From Spirochaetia bacterium (GTDB lineage Bacteria; Spirochaetota; Spirochaetia; SZUA-6; Bin103): a stretch of DNA of 64,000 nucleotides. The first letter of the stretch is position 1, and each line of letters opens with the position of its first letter. Location of the stretch: positions 160,001 through 224,000 of the forward strand of contig CBDAOI010000001.1 of NCBI GenBank assembly GCA_965198005.1. The letters run 5' to 3'. Shown in pieces: positions 39,724 through 49,445 of the stretch. The translations under genes were made by a program, and so were the position numbers. A model generated the notes under the pieces. It did no database searches, had not been told where the DNA came from, and saw nothing but the letters and a program-made list of their open reading frames with translations.

Positions 39724-41514
39724 TCAGAACCCCATCTCCCGCTTCAGATCCTGATCGATCCAGAGACGCGAGTAGATCAGAATACGGTCCATGTCGCCGG
39801 GGTCGGCCTCGCCGTTGTAGCCCTTCACCCACGGCCAGAACGCGTTGAACTGTGGCACGCGGGCGCCCCAGATCGGAACGTGCTGACGGTTGAGATAGTC
39901 GGAGGCCTCCCTGGAGAGTCGCTGGCGCTCTTCCAACGTGGTGGCCGCCTGCACGCGCCTGACCATCTCGTCGTAGCCCGGATCGTCGAGTCTGCGGGGC
40001 GGGTCGTTTGTCCAGTATAGGAGCTGACCCGTCGGATTCCATTCGTATCCGGAAGCCCCCATGCGGACGTCGAAGTCCTTCGCGCGGCGCCGAGCCATCA
40101 CTACGGGGCCCTCAAGATACGAGATCGTTACGTCGATGCCGATCTCTCGCCAGCCCGCCGCCAGGAGCTCATTCCAGCCTTGGTCGCCCCACGTTGGTGT
40201 AGAGATTACCTCCATCTCGAAGCGGGTCCCGTCGGCGCCGCGCGGTAAGCCGGCTTCGTCGAGCAGCCTCTCGGCCTCTGCCGGATTGTAGGAATACGCC
40301 GCCTTGAGGTCCGCCGGCCAGTCCTCGTAGCGAGTCATGTAGGGATACAGGGCTCGCCCCAACCACCCCTGTGGCTGGGTGATTGCATGGCCCTTGAAGT
40401 AGGTTTCGCCCCAGCCCTCGATGTCGAGGGCCAACTGCAGAGCGCGGCGCACGCGGACGTCGTCGAAGGGCGGCTTGTTCGGGTTGACGACGGGGGACGT
40501 CTCAGACCGATAGGAGTAGCCCTCGACGACGATGCCAGGGTTGGTGCGTTGCAGGGTCTCCACCTGGTCGATCGACGTAAGCTGTGCGCTTCCCTGGAAG
40601 CCGACGAAATCGACCTTTGCCGAGCGCAAGGCGGCAAGACGCGTCTGGGGCTCGGACATCACCAGTGCGGTGATGGTGTCGACATAGGGCAGCCGGTTCT
40701 GGGGGAACTTCTCGTCGAAGCCCCAGTAGCCGGGAGCCTTGTCCCAGGTGATGGAGCTGCCTTCCACCCAGTCCGTGAGCTCAAAGGGTCCGGTGCCTAC
40801 CAGGTTCTGCCAATCGCCGATATCGACTCCGGTCCCCGCCCGAATCACCTCCGGCGGATAGATGAACAGGACGTTCTGCGTCAGGAGCGTCTTGACCGCG
40901 TCCAGGTTCAGCTCCGCCAGCTTGAAGACGACGCTGTTGCCCTGGGCCGTTACGGAGGTGATGCCGAGGTTGTCCGCGGACGACACGGCGGCGACGCCTT
41001 CCGGCACCTCGGTGAAGCCGCTACCCAACCCGAGGAAGCGGTGGAAGTTGAACTCCACGTCCTTGGCGGTGAGCGCGCGACCGTTCATCGGCGCCTTGTC
41101 ATGCCAGTTCACGCCCTGGCGGATGTGAAAAACGATGGTCGTGGGGTCGGGCTGCTCCCAGCGCTCGGCCAGGCGTCCGACGATGATGTCGTCGGGCAGG
41201 TAGGTGGTGCGGAAGTCGAACTTGTCGCGACTGACGCCCCAGTCACCGATACCGAGCTTCTCCACCACGAGGCCTGCCACGATCGCGGGCGGGTGGCGGT
41301 AGTACGTGTCCACCGTTGGCGGATCCCCGCGTAGCGTGACGGTGAGCGTGCCGCCGTACTCTGGGGCGGTGACCATCTTTCCGGTGGTCGGGTCTGTCAC
41401 CATCGGCTTCTCGGTCGCCGCAGCTGCCCCTTCGCCTTCTCCGCTGGCAAACGTAACGGTAGCCACCAGCGCGAGCGCCAGTGTCAACAAACCGATTTTG
41501 GAAACGTAGTTCAT
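39724..41514 (-). CDS. Family-5 ABC substrate-binding protein, module 5
   Basis: Complete SBP5 motifs and signal peptide. Confidence 0.93.
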   Translation of the reverse strand: MNYVSKIGLLTLALALVATVTFASGEGEGAAAATEKPMVTDPTTGKMVTAPEYGGTLTVTLRGDPPTVDTYYRHPPAIVAGLVVEKLGIGDWGVSRDKFDFRTTYLPDDIIVGRLAERWEQPDPTTIVFHIRQGVNWHDKAPMNGRALTAKDVEFNFHRFLGLGSGFTEVPEGVAAVSSADNLGITSVTAQGNSVVFKLAELNLDAVKTLLTQNVLFIYPPEVIRAGTGVDIGDWQNLVGTGPFELTDWVEGSSITWDKAPGYWGFDEKFPQNRLPYVDTITALVMSEPQTRLAALRSAKVDFVGFQGSAQLTSIDQVETLQRTNPGIVVEGYSYRSETSPVVNPNKPPFDDVRVRRALQLALDIEGWGETYFKGHAITQPQGWLGRALYPYMTRYEDWPADLKAAYSYNPAEAERLLDEAGLPRGADGTRFEMEVISTPTWGDQGWNELLAAGWREIGIDVTISYLEGPVVMARRRAKDFDVRMGASGYEWNPTGQLLYWTNDPPRRLDDPGYDEMVRRVQAATTLEERQRLSREASDYLNRQHVPIWGARVPQFNAFWPWVKGYNGEADPGDMDRILIYSRLWIDQDLKREMGF

Positions 41515-41925
41515 GATGAGAACCTCCGATTCTCGACTCTCGTTCGAGAGCATGTACTGATCCTGGTGCCGGCCCCTCGTCTGCTCTCGTGGCCTGTCTG
41601 CCGCTTTGTGTTGTCTGCGGCGCAGGCGGTTCCAACGAGGACGACAACGTAACTTCGCGATGACCCCGGGGGGCGATCAGGCGCAACCGTTGATCGCGTC
41701 CCGCGGTGGATTACGGCTTCACCGGCACCTCCTGTATGCGTACCGGTCAGACGCAGGTCGACGCCGGTCGGCGTGAACGGGTCTGGCCGGTGGATTGTTC
41801 TGCGGTCCGGCAACGCCGGGGGTGATTGCTGACTGAGGACCAAGCAGGGCGGTGGCCGACGCGCGGGGGCGTCGGTTCACGGTGCCGGGCGCTCGGAGTG
41901 TGACGTGACAGTTGGAGCTTACTGC
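41515..41925 (-). repeat. Long upstream leader shared with 33775-34180 and (internally deleted) 31294-31455
   Basis: ccggcaacgccgggggtgattgctgactg.ggaccaagcagggcggtggcc occurs in all three. Confidence 0.85.
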
Positions 41926-42050
41926 CGGCCCTGGTGCCTCTGGCGGTTGCAGCACCAGGCGCGCCCACTCGCCGGCGTTCCCTGGGCTGCAAGCCCGTCC
42001 GCCTGCCGCGCTCCCGAATCGACCGCTTCGAGGGGCGACTCGAGTATTGG
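41926..42050 (+). pseudogene. Uma2 5' remnant
   Basis: GCKPVRLPRSRIDRFEGRLEYW, as in the gene starting at 27122. Confidence 0.75.
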
Positions 42051-42517
42051 CACGGCTGCGGTCGCCGGCAAGGGCGCGGGCGGTCCGCATGCCGGTTCGG
42101 CGATGGACCGAGCCGGCGCCACGGATAACTACGGCGGTGGTGAAGGCGACGGCGTGCGCGCTTTCGCGTACGGGGCGATCAGCCGGAGCGGTTAGTTGTT
42201 TCTCGGTTCGAAAATGTTGTGTGTGTGGGGGGGGGGGACTCCTCACCATAAGCAAGCGCGCCGCGAGCTGATTTTCAGCAAATCTCGGCGAGCGGCTGTC
42301 AGGGGAACAGAGTGTCATAAGCGTTGACGTGTTATAAGTCACTCAAGCCCTCCGCAGGTGAGGCACAGCCATACCCAGATGTAGTCGCGATGTCGCGATT
42401 GACTGCATCCCACCCTATCATAACCTCCGCTCCCGTGGACGTCAACCACGAATGATGGCCTGAAGAGACAGTCTGGGGGGCCCACCATTTGCCAACCCCC
42501 GCCGCGAAAGGATTTCC

Positions 42518-42664
42518 GGGGGGGGGGGGGGGGATGGGCAAGGGTAGGACACGCCGGCTGCGCTGCCGCTAACCGGTGGCAGCGCTGAGTAGCGTTTTCA
42601 GCCATCTTTTGCATCCGTTCAAACCTGAGACTCTTAGTATACCACCTCTGCGGCAACCAATCAA
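42518..42664 (-). promoter_or_regulatory. Repeated promoter/leader element, diverged copy C, with G16 tract
   Basis: Minus strand TTGATT-17-TATACT; accggtggcag.gctg and catccgttcaa shared with copies B and D. Confidence 0.65.
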
Positions 42665-43078
42665 CAGAAAAAAACAGGCGAATTGAAGGTTTCTTGAGAT
42701 TTCTTTCAGGCAGCCGCGGCAGCCGAGAGCCCCTCGCGGCGCCGACTCGGGCGCATCGCCCCTCCGGAGCCGTCATTCGCCGGCGATGTGGCCGTCCCCA
42801 GGCCGTTCACCGTCCACGTCGGCCTCACAGCGGCCCGCCGCTGAGGGCCTTCCAGCCCCTCGGGGGTAAGCCTGGGGTACCCCCTGCAACACCCGTCAAC
42901 GCCGATTCCCGGCACCGCTGGCTCCGTATTGACCGCGCCGCCACCGCCCGCAGCCCAGCCTGGTCGGGTCGCAGCCACCTCCAGGACCAGCTACAGGAGT
43001 CTGTCGGATTGCGACAGACTCCTAGCGGTCGGACGGGATGGGCCAAAAGCGGCGCCCCGGCGGTTTTGGGGCGCTAGG

Positions 43079-43332
43079 CGACGGCAGACCTCCTCGAGCG
43101 TCAAGCCGCCGCTCCGTCAGTCGCCGCGCGCGGGGGGAATGGGCCGTTGCTGCGGCCGTCGCGGCGCTCCGGAGGTGCAACCGCGAGCCGCTCGTCGGTT
43201 GAGTTCGAGGCTGCTCGGACAGGAGCGGCAGCACGAGCGCCGCCGCGGCGACGATCTCGGCACTCGGACCCGTTCAGGGCCGGCATTCACCGCCGATTGG
43301 CCGGCCCCCTGAGGGCCTTCCAAACCCAGGGA
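43079..43332. repeat. About 250-bp direct repeat flanking the IS1634 remnant (second copy 44379-44670)
   Basis: cgacggcagacctcctcgagcg...ccttccaaacccagggag at both sites, with a few mismatches and one indel. Confidence 0.9.
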
Positions 43333-43333
43333 G

Positions 43334-44378
43334 GTGCTCACCGGGGCGCGCATCCGTGAAGACCTGCAGGGCGTCGACGGGCTGCGCTGGATCACGACCT
43401 TGCGCGTGCCTACCATCCGCAAGCTGATTGCGAACGGTCAGGTGGCGCAGTCGATGTTCGACCAGCGTGATCTGGCCGAGATCAGCTCACCCGACTTCCC
43501 CCGCGAGCGGCTGATCGTGTGCCGCAACCCGGTGTTGGCTGACCAACGCCACCGCAAGCGGCTGGAGTTGCTGGCCGCCACCGAGGACAAGCTGGCCCCC
43601 ATCGTGAGAGCCACGCAGCGTGCCAAAGATCCGCTGCGCGGCGCCGCTGAGATCGGTATGCGGGTGGGCAAGGTGATCAATCAGCACAAGGTGAGCAAGC
43701 ATTTCATCACCACGATCACTGAGGACTCATTCACCTATGAACGTGACCTCGAGAAGATCGCTGCCGAAGAAGAACTGGACGGGCTGTACATCGTCCGCTC
43801 CAACGTCGAGCCGGAGTTGTTCGACGCCGATCAGACGGTACGCGCGTACAAGGACCTGTCCAAGGTAGAGCGCGCCTTCCGCAGTATGAAGACGGTGGAT
43901 CTGAAGGTGCGCCCGATCTACCACCGGCGCGCTGACCGGGTACGGGCGCACGTACTGTTGTGCATGCTGGCCTACTACGTGGAGTGGCACATGCGCAGCG
44001 AGTTGGCGCCGGTGCTGTTCGATGACCACGATCCGGAGGCGGCACAGCAGCAACGGTCATCGGTGGTGCGACCGGCACAGCGGTCGCCCCGGCGGCACAG
44101 AAGAAGGCGGCCAGGAAGCGCACCGCTGACGATCTGCCGGTGCACAGTTTTCGCAGCCTGATGAACGACTTGGGGACTCTGACGGTCAACAAGATGCAAC
44201 TTGCCAAGGCAGGGAGCACGTTCTTGCTGCCGACGCAGCCGACACCGGTGCAGCAGCGCTGCTTCGAGCTACTGGGGGTATCGCCCCGGATGTAGCCACG
44301 CACGGCACATGCCATTTTGAGCGTAACTATATGACCCCTCGTGACTTACCAAGCATTTGGCTCTGGAACTTCGGGCTA
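43334..44378 (+). mobile_element. IS1634-family element remnant (5' truncated transposase, frameshift at about 44090, stop at 44295)
   Basis: ERLIVCRNP, DGLYIVRS, YKDLSKVERAFRSMKT.DL..RPIYH...RVRAHVLLCMLAYY; probable right end ggaacttcgggcta. Confidence 0.88.
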
Positions 44379-44670
44379 CGACGGCAGACCTCCTCGAGCG
44401 TCGAGCCGCTGCTCCGTCAGTCGCCGCACGCGGGGGGAGGGGCCGTTGCTGCGGCCGTCGCGGCGCTCCGGAGGTGCAACCGCGAGCCGCTCGTCGGTTG
44501 AGTTCGAGGCTGCTCGGACAGGAGCGGCAGCACGAGCGCCGCCGCGGCGACGATCTCGGCACTCGGACCCGTTCAGGGCCGGCATTCACCGCCGATTGGC
44601 CGGCAGCGGGCCGCTCGGCGTCCGAGTCGGCCTCATAGCGGCCCCCTGACGGCCTTCCAAACCCAGGGAG

Positions 44671-46586
44671 GGCGCGGTAGGAACGCCGGTTACCCGGCGC
44701 CCCCCGCACAGATCCGGACGTGGTCGTTAAACCATCCGGCTCCTACCTTCGGTGGTTGACGGCAAATCGCCGGTCCGGCCATGAGTGTACGATTCGGGGT
44801 TGGGGCCACAGCTTGATGCTGATCGCCAGCATCCAAGCCCAGGAGAATCGGTCCTTCTGGGACCTCCGGCGTAGAATCTTTACCCAGATTCCTCGCAGAC
44901 GCCACACGAATCGGTGCAGATAGCGGTAGCTGGTGGGTACCGCGTAGTAGTTGAGCCATCCGCGCAGTACCCGTCCCAGCCAGCGCCCGGTTTCCATCAC
45001 GTCATCATGCATTCGTCTGCGGAGCTCGATCTTGATCCTCTTCAGCGTACGATTCATCCGCTTCCGAATTGGCTTCCGCCCCAGCCCGAAGCGTCCTTTC
45101 CTGTCCTTCCTGCAATAATGCGTGAAACCCAGAAAGTCGAACGTCTCCGGTCGCCCTTCCCCACGTGCTCGGCGGTTCCTTTCGGCATACCGTCCAAACT
45201 CGAGGAGTCGGGTCTTGTCGGCGTTCAGTTCCAGCTCGAAGCCTCTGAATCGCTCCTTCAGTTCCCGCAGGAAGCGTTCCGCATCGTCACGATGCTCGAA
45301 CCCGGCGACATAGTCATCTGCGTAGCGCACTATGATCATGTCTCCGCGCGCCTCCTGCGGCCGCCACTTCTTGGTGACCCACAGGTCCAACACGTAGTGC
45401 AAGTATATATTCGCGAGCATCGGTGAAATCACCGACCCTTGCGCTGTACCCCGCCCCGCGTCGATCTGTCGGCCTTCTTCCAGTACCCCAGCGCGCAGCC
45501 ACTTCTTTATCAGCCGCAGCACCCGCCGATCTCCAATCCGATGCTCCAGGAATCTGATCAACCAGTCCCGCGAGATCGTGTCGAAGTAGGCGCGAATGTC
45601 CGCGTCCAATATCCAGTTCACTTCGCGCCGTTCGATGGCGTAGGCCAGTGCGTCCAACGCATCGTGTGCCCCGCGCCCCGGTCGAAACCCATAGCTGATC
45701 CCGAGAAATTCCTCCTCATAGATCGGTGTCAGGATCACATCCACCACGGCCTTCTGGACGATCTTGTCCTCCAGCGCGGCCACCCCCAGCGGTCGTGTGC
45801 CTCCGTCCGGCTTGTCGATGTTGACCCGCCGTACCGGGGTCGCTCGGTACGCTCCTGTGTGTACTCGCCGGTGCAGGTCGTGCAAGCGCACTTCCAACCC
45901 CGTCTCGTACTCCCGCCACGTCATCCCGTCCACCCCCGGGGCCGCTTCACGCTTCAGCGCGTAATAGGCCACCCGCAGCGCTTCCGGCGTCACGTGGTGC
46001 AGCAGCGCAGTGAGTTTCTCCTGCGGTTCTCTCTTTACGAATTGCCGTATCCGCTCGGCCGCCTGTGTCACGGTTGCCCGACTCTGCGTCCGGCCCGTGC
46101 TTTGACCTTGCGAATTCCCGTTGGTCATGGGCCTTCGCTCCACCGTCTCCGCAGTCGCTTGCGCTCCCTTGTTCGCCGGCTTCGCCGCTACTATGCCCAT
46201 GTCCGACTCCTTCGGGTCGTTCATCTTTGGTCCAGCCTCACGCCTTCCCTCCGCGGTCCCGGCGACGACTCGCCGGGACGACCCGAAGACCTCCCAGGTC
46301 CCGGTATATGACGTACGCACGTGCCTGAGTTCTTCGACGCCGTGGAGCCCGGTCGATCCTCACCATACTGGCTCGACCGGTGTTGCCTTCGACCGAGTAC
46401 AGAGTCTCGGCACTCCAGATGTCGTATTTTGCGGCGCTCCATAACTCTGCCCGCACGCACCGCTGCCGACGCTTCGCCTGCACCCTCGCAGGTGCCAACG
46501 CACGGCTCGCGGAGAAACGTGGATTGGCTGCTCCTTCGTTCCGAGGGACTTTCACCCTCTGTCATATGCCAGTTTGCCTGGCGCTC
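44671..46586 (-). mobile_element. Group II intron (IIB-like, resembles bacterial class E)
   Basis: 5' GAGCGCCAGGCAAACTGGCAT; domain V GAGCCGGATG...ACGTCCGGATC; domain VI ending CCTACCGCGCC; RT ORF inside. Confidence 0.9.
44743..46224 (-). CDS. ltrA: Group II intron reverse transcriptase/maturase, no endonuclease domain (start uncertain)
   Basis: APGVDG, KPDGGTRPLG, SYGFRPGR, GTAQGSVISPMLANIYLH, RYADD, FDFLGF and GWLNYY. Confidence 0.95.
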   Translation of the reverse strand: MNDPKESDMGIVAAKPANKGAQATAETVERRPMTNGNSQGQSTGRTQSRATVTQAAERIRQFVKREPQEKLTALLHHVTPEALRVAYYALKREAAPGVDGMTWREYETGLEVRLHDLHRRVHTGAYRATPVRRVNIDKPDGGTRPLGVAALEDKIVQKAVVDVILTPIYEEEFLGISYGFRPGRGAHDALDALAYAIERREVNWILDADIRAYFDTISRDWLIRFLEHRIGDRRVLRLIKKWLRAGVLEEGRQIDAGRGTAQGSVISPMLANIYLHYVLDLWVTKKWRPQEARGDMIIVRYADDYVAGFEHRDDAERFLRELKERFRGFELELNADKTRLLEFGRYAERNRRARGEGRPETFDFLGFTHYCRKDRKGRFGLGRKPIRKRMNRTLKRIKIELRRRMHDDVMETGRWLGRVLRGWLNYYAVPTSYRYLHRFVWRLRGIWVKILRRRSQKDRFSWAWMLAISIKLWPQPRIVHSWPDRRFAVNHRR

Positions 46587-46786
46587 ATACCCCAGGGCAC
46601 CCCCCGGAATCCCGCAAGTGCCCGTCAAAGCCGTTTCCCACCACCGCTGACACCGCTGACACCGCTGACACGCCGCGCGGTCCGCCACCCGGCTCCCGTG
46701 TGCCACCTCGAACATCAATCCGAGACCGGCACTGATCAGCGCTTGCAGGTCAGGAACGACGTGAGGTGCGGGCTGCAGAGCCCCCC

Positions 46787-47074
46787 TCAGTCGCGCCCAT
46801 ACCCGCGCGGCGGCTCGACGCTCTCCAGTTCGGCAAGATCAAGCCCGCACATCGCCTCCAGCCGCTGTGCGAGCGCGGACTCCTGGAGACTGTCGGGCAA
46901 GTGGTCGAGCCACGCTTGATACTCACCCTGGAGGTCAAGCAGGGTGCGTACCGCATGCTGCCAACGCTGCGGTCGGGACCTGCGGTCTTGCGGCCTGCGG
47001 TACTGCACCCGGGGCTGCGCTGCCTTGCGGCGCTCTCGATAGCGCCGTTGTCGTTCCGCGTTACTTACCGCCAC
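46787..47074 (-). CDS. Small hypothetical protein
   Basis: SNAERQRRYRER basic N-terminus, acidic helical C-terminus ending PPRGYGRD; plausible RBS. Confidence 0.65.
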   Translation of the reverse strand: MAVSNAERQRRYRERRKAAQPRVQYRRPQDRRSRPQRWQHAVRTLLDLQGEYQAWLDHLPDSLQESALAQRLEAMCGLDLAELESVEPPRGYGRD

Positions 47075-47213
47075 TGCTCTACTTCCCGTTACGCTCCGTT
47101 ACGTAACAGGTTCGGATTATCCGTGCACCGGTGCCGGTTCGCGCCGCGCAGTCTCCGGTCGCTCCCGTGAGCGGCGGGGACGACGCTTCCCGCGCCCGGC
47201 CCACCTTCCCCCA

Positions 47214-48476
47214 TCAGGCGGTCAGCGGTCGCGGAGCCCGGTGCTGTGGATCAAACTGCGTGCGGTCACGCAGCATCGCGCACGCCACCGCGAGCAACCG
47301 GTCCGCGACCGTACGCAGCGCCCGGCCATGGCGCTGCCCGCGCGCGCGCAGCGCCGCATACCGCTCCCGACTCACCGGATCGTGCTGGATCGCCACCCGC
47401 GCCCAGTGATACATCGCGTTGCTCAGCCGCTGGTTGCAGGCACGGCGCATGCTCACCTGGCAACTCTTCCCCGACCGCTTGGTCACCGGCGCCACCCCGG
47501 TCAGAATCCGCAACCTGTGGTAGTCTCGCTCAGCCAGCAACTGTGAGGCCTCCGCGAACAGCGTGGCGAGCACGATCCGACCGACACCGGGCATCGAACG
47601 CAGGATGACGGCGTCACGCTGCTCTTCTGGTTCACCCGAGTCGTCGGCGGCCACAATCTCGGCCAGCAGTTCGTCGAGCCGGCTGTGCGCCTGTTTGAGT
47701 TGCTGGTCGACCAGCTTCAGCCGGGCGATGACGCTCGCGATGTGCGCCGTAGCCGCCGCTATCGTCCCGCGGCCCACCTCAAGCGGCTGCTGCCGCAGGA
47801 TGCGCAGCACACCGGCAGCAGCGTGGCGCCGGATGCGGTTGCGCTTCAGGATGGCCGCGACCGACGCCTTCCGGACCCGCGCTGCCTCCGCCGGCGTCGA
47901 AGCCTTCTCCCACAACTCCAGAACCCAGCCCGCGCCGAGGTCACCGCCCAGCTCGATCATCTGCGGGTAGTAGCGGCGCAGTTGCTCGCGCATGCGATTG
48001 ATCAGCCCGTTGCGTTCCTCCTGCAACTCGGCAGTCAGGCGCGACCATTCCCGCAACTCGATCACCGGCGGTGCCTGCACCTGCAACTGACGAAAGCTGC
48101 GTCGGTCGGTGCGCAGCGAGTCTGCCAACACCCGCGCGTCGCGCCGGTCATCCTTGGCGCCGGCCACCGTAAACCGGTCACGAAATCGATCCAGCTGCTT
48201 CGGATTGATCGCGTACACCTGCACCTCCCGCTCCAGCAGCATCTCGACCACCGCGCCATGCGGCACCTCGATCCCCGCGTGCACGCGCTCCGGGTGCCCG
48301 CCGGATAGCTCGTGCAACCACGCGCACAAGTCGGCGATGCCGGCGCCGCTATGGGCCACCTGCCGTTCCGCGACCACCGCGCCGTCATCCTCAAGCACAC
48401 AAATCTGATGTTGCTGGGTCGCCCAATCGATACCCACGAACCACTGTTCGGTCTGTTCGGTCTGTTCGGTTGACAT
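47214..48476 (-). CDS. IS110-family recombinase/transposase
   Basis: FVGIDWA, GIE and AKDDRRDARVLA (DEDD); SMPGVG; GVAPVTKRSGK serine motif. Confidence 0.95.
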   Translation of the reverse strand: MSTEQTEQTEQWFVGIDWATQQHQICVLEDDGAVVAERQVAHSGAGIADLCAWLHELSGGHPERVHAGIEVPHGAVVEMLLEREVQVYAINPKQLDRFRDRFTVAGAKDDRRDARVLADSLRTDRRSFRQLQVQAPPVIELREWSRLTAELQEERNGLINRMREQLRRYYPQMIELGGDLGAGWVLELWEKASTPAEAARVRKASVAAILKRNRIRRHAAAGVLRILRQQPLEVGRGTIAAATAHIASVIARLKLVDQQLKQAHSRLDELLAEIVAADDSGEPEEQRDAVILRSMPGVGRIVLATLFAEASQLLAERDYHRLRILTGVAPVTKRSGKSCQVSMRRACNQRLSNAMYHWARVAIQHDPVSRERYAALRARGQRHGRALRTVADRLLAVACAMLRDRTQFDPQHRAPRPLTA

Positions 48477-48479
48477 CCT

Positions 48480-48770
48480 GTCACCTCCCGAGATTGTGGA
48501 GCTCGGCTGCCACGATGTCGTTCCACCCCTGTACTGGTGCTCCGGTGCTCCGGTGCTCCTGCCTGTCATCGTACCGGGGCACATGCACCTTCCCACCTGG
48601 CACTACTCCTCACTGGGTATCCATCGCGGCACTCCTACCGGGGCACATGTCCCCCCCGGGCGCTCTACGGCGCGGGGGGCTCAAGGTTGCTCCCGGTAGG
48701 CTGCCTTGCCCGCCTGGGATTCTAGCAGTCCCTGGCGAACTATCTAATCTCTATAAAGGGTACAGGGGGT
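48480..48770 (-). ncRNA. IS110 non-coding left end, candidate bridge RNA
   Basis: About 290 nt of non-coding sequence upstream of the recombinase; duplicated internal motif; segments matching the element ends. Confidence 0.6.
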
Positions 48771-48779
48771 ATGATGCAC

Positions 48780-49445
48780 CGGTCGCGTCACAGCGAACCG
48801 GTCACTGCGCTGCCTGTCATCGTGACGCTTCATGACCATCCGTCGAACCCCAAGTGAGGCACGCTAGCATAGGCGCGGCGCGCCGTCAACGACTCGTGGG
48901 GGTCACCGGGGTGAGCGAAGGTCACCGGCAACCCGTCACTGCGCTGACTGTCATCATGGCGCTTCATCGGCATCCGTCGCCCCAAGCCAAGCACGCTAGC
49001 ATAGGCGCGGCGCGCCTGTCAACGACTCGGCGGTCACCGAACGTCACCGCCAACCGGTCACTGCGCTGACTGTCGTCATGGCGCGTCATCATCGATCCGT
49101 CGAACCCCAAGCGAGGCAAGCTTGCTATGGACGCGACCACCCTGTCAACGACTCGGACGTCACCGAGGTCACCGACCGTGACCGCCAACCGGCCACTGCG
49201 CTGGCTGTCGTCATGGCGCTCGATCCGCATCTGATCAACCCGAATCACCATCTTCCACGGGCGACTCAGAAAAAGTCAACAGCGATTCTGGCCTGGTGCA
49301 CCTTGCCACGCCAAGCTCTGTGATCGGCTGAACTTGCGCACCTCAGCCCTTCACTGCGCTGGCGGTCGTCGTGGCGCATCATCCGCATTCGCCGAACTCC
49401 TAACGGTGCACTCTCTCGCGAGCGCGGCCACCCTGTCAACAGCGC
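48780..49445 (-). repeat. Tandem array of 5 degenerate units (122-158 bp spacing), each with a -35-like TTGAC
   Basis: cactgcgctg core at 48803, 48937, 49059, 49194 and 49352; gtcaac at the right edge of each unit. Confidence 0.85.

Noticed and set aside
41515-41925. Known riboswitch or T-box in the SBP leader
   Set aside because: No hallmark motifs recognised by eye; an Rfam search is needed to exclude one fully
44743-46224. DGR or retron reverse transcriptase diversifying the SBP duplicates
   Set aside because: The RT is embedded in recognisable group II intron RNA domains, and the SBP differences are not adenine-restricted
48780-49445. CRISPR array
   Set aside because: The units are over 120 bp and degenerate along their length, there is no repeat-spacer pattern, and no cas genes are in the window
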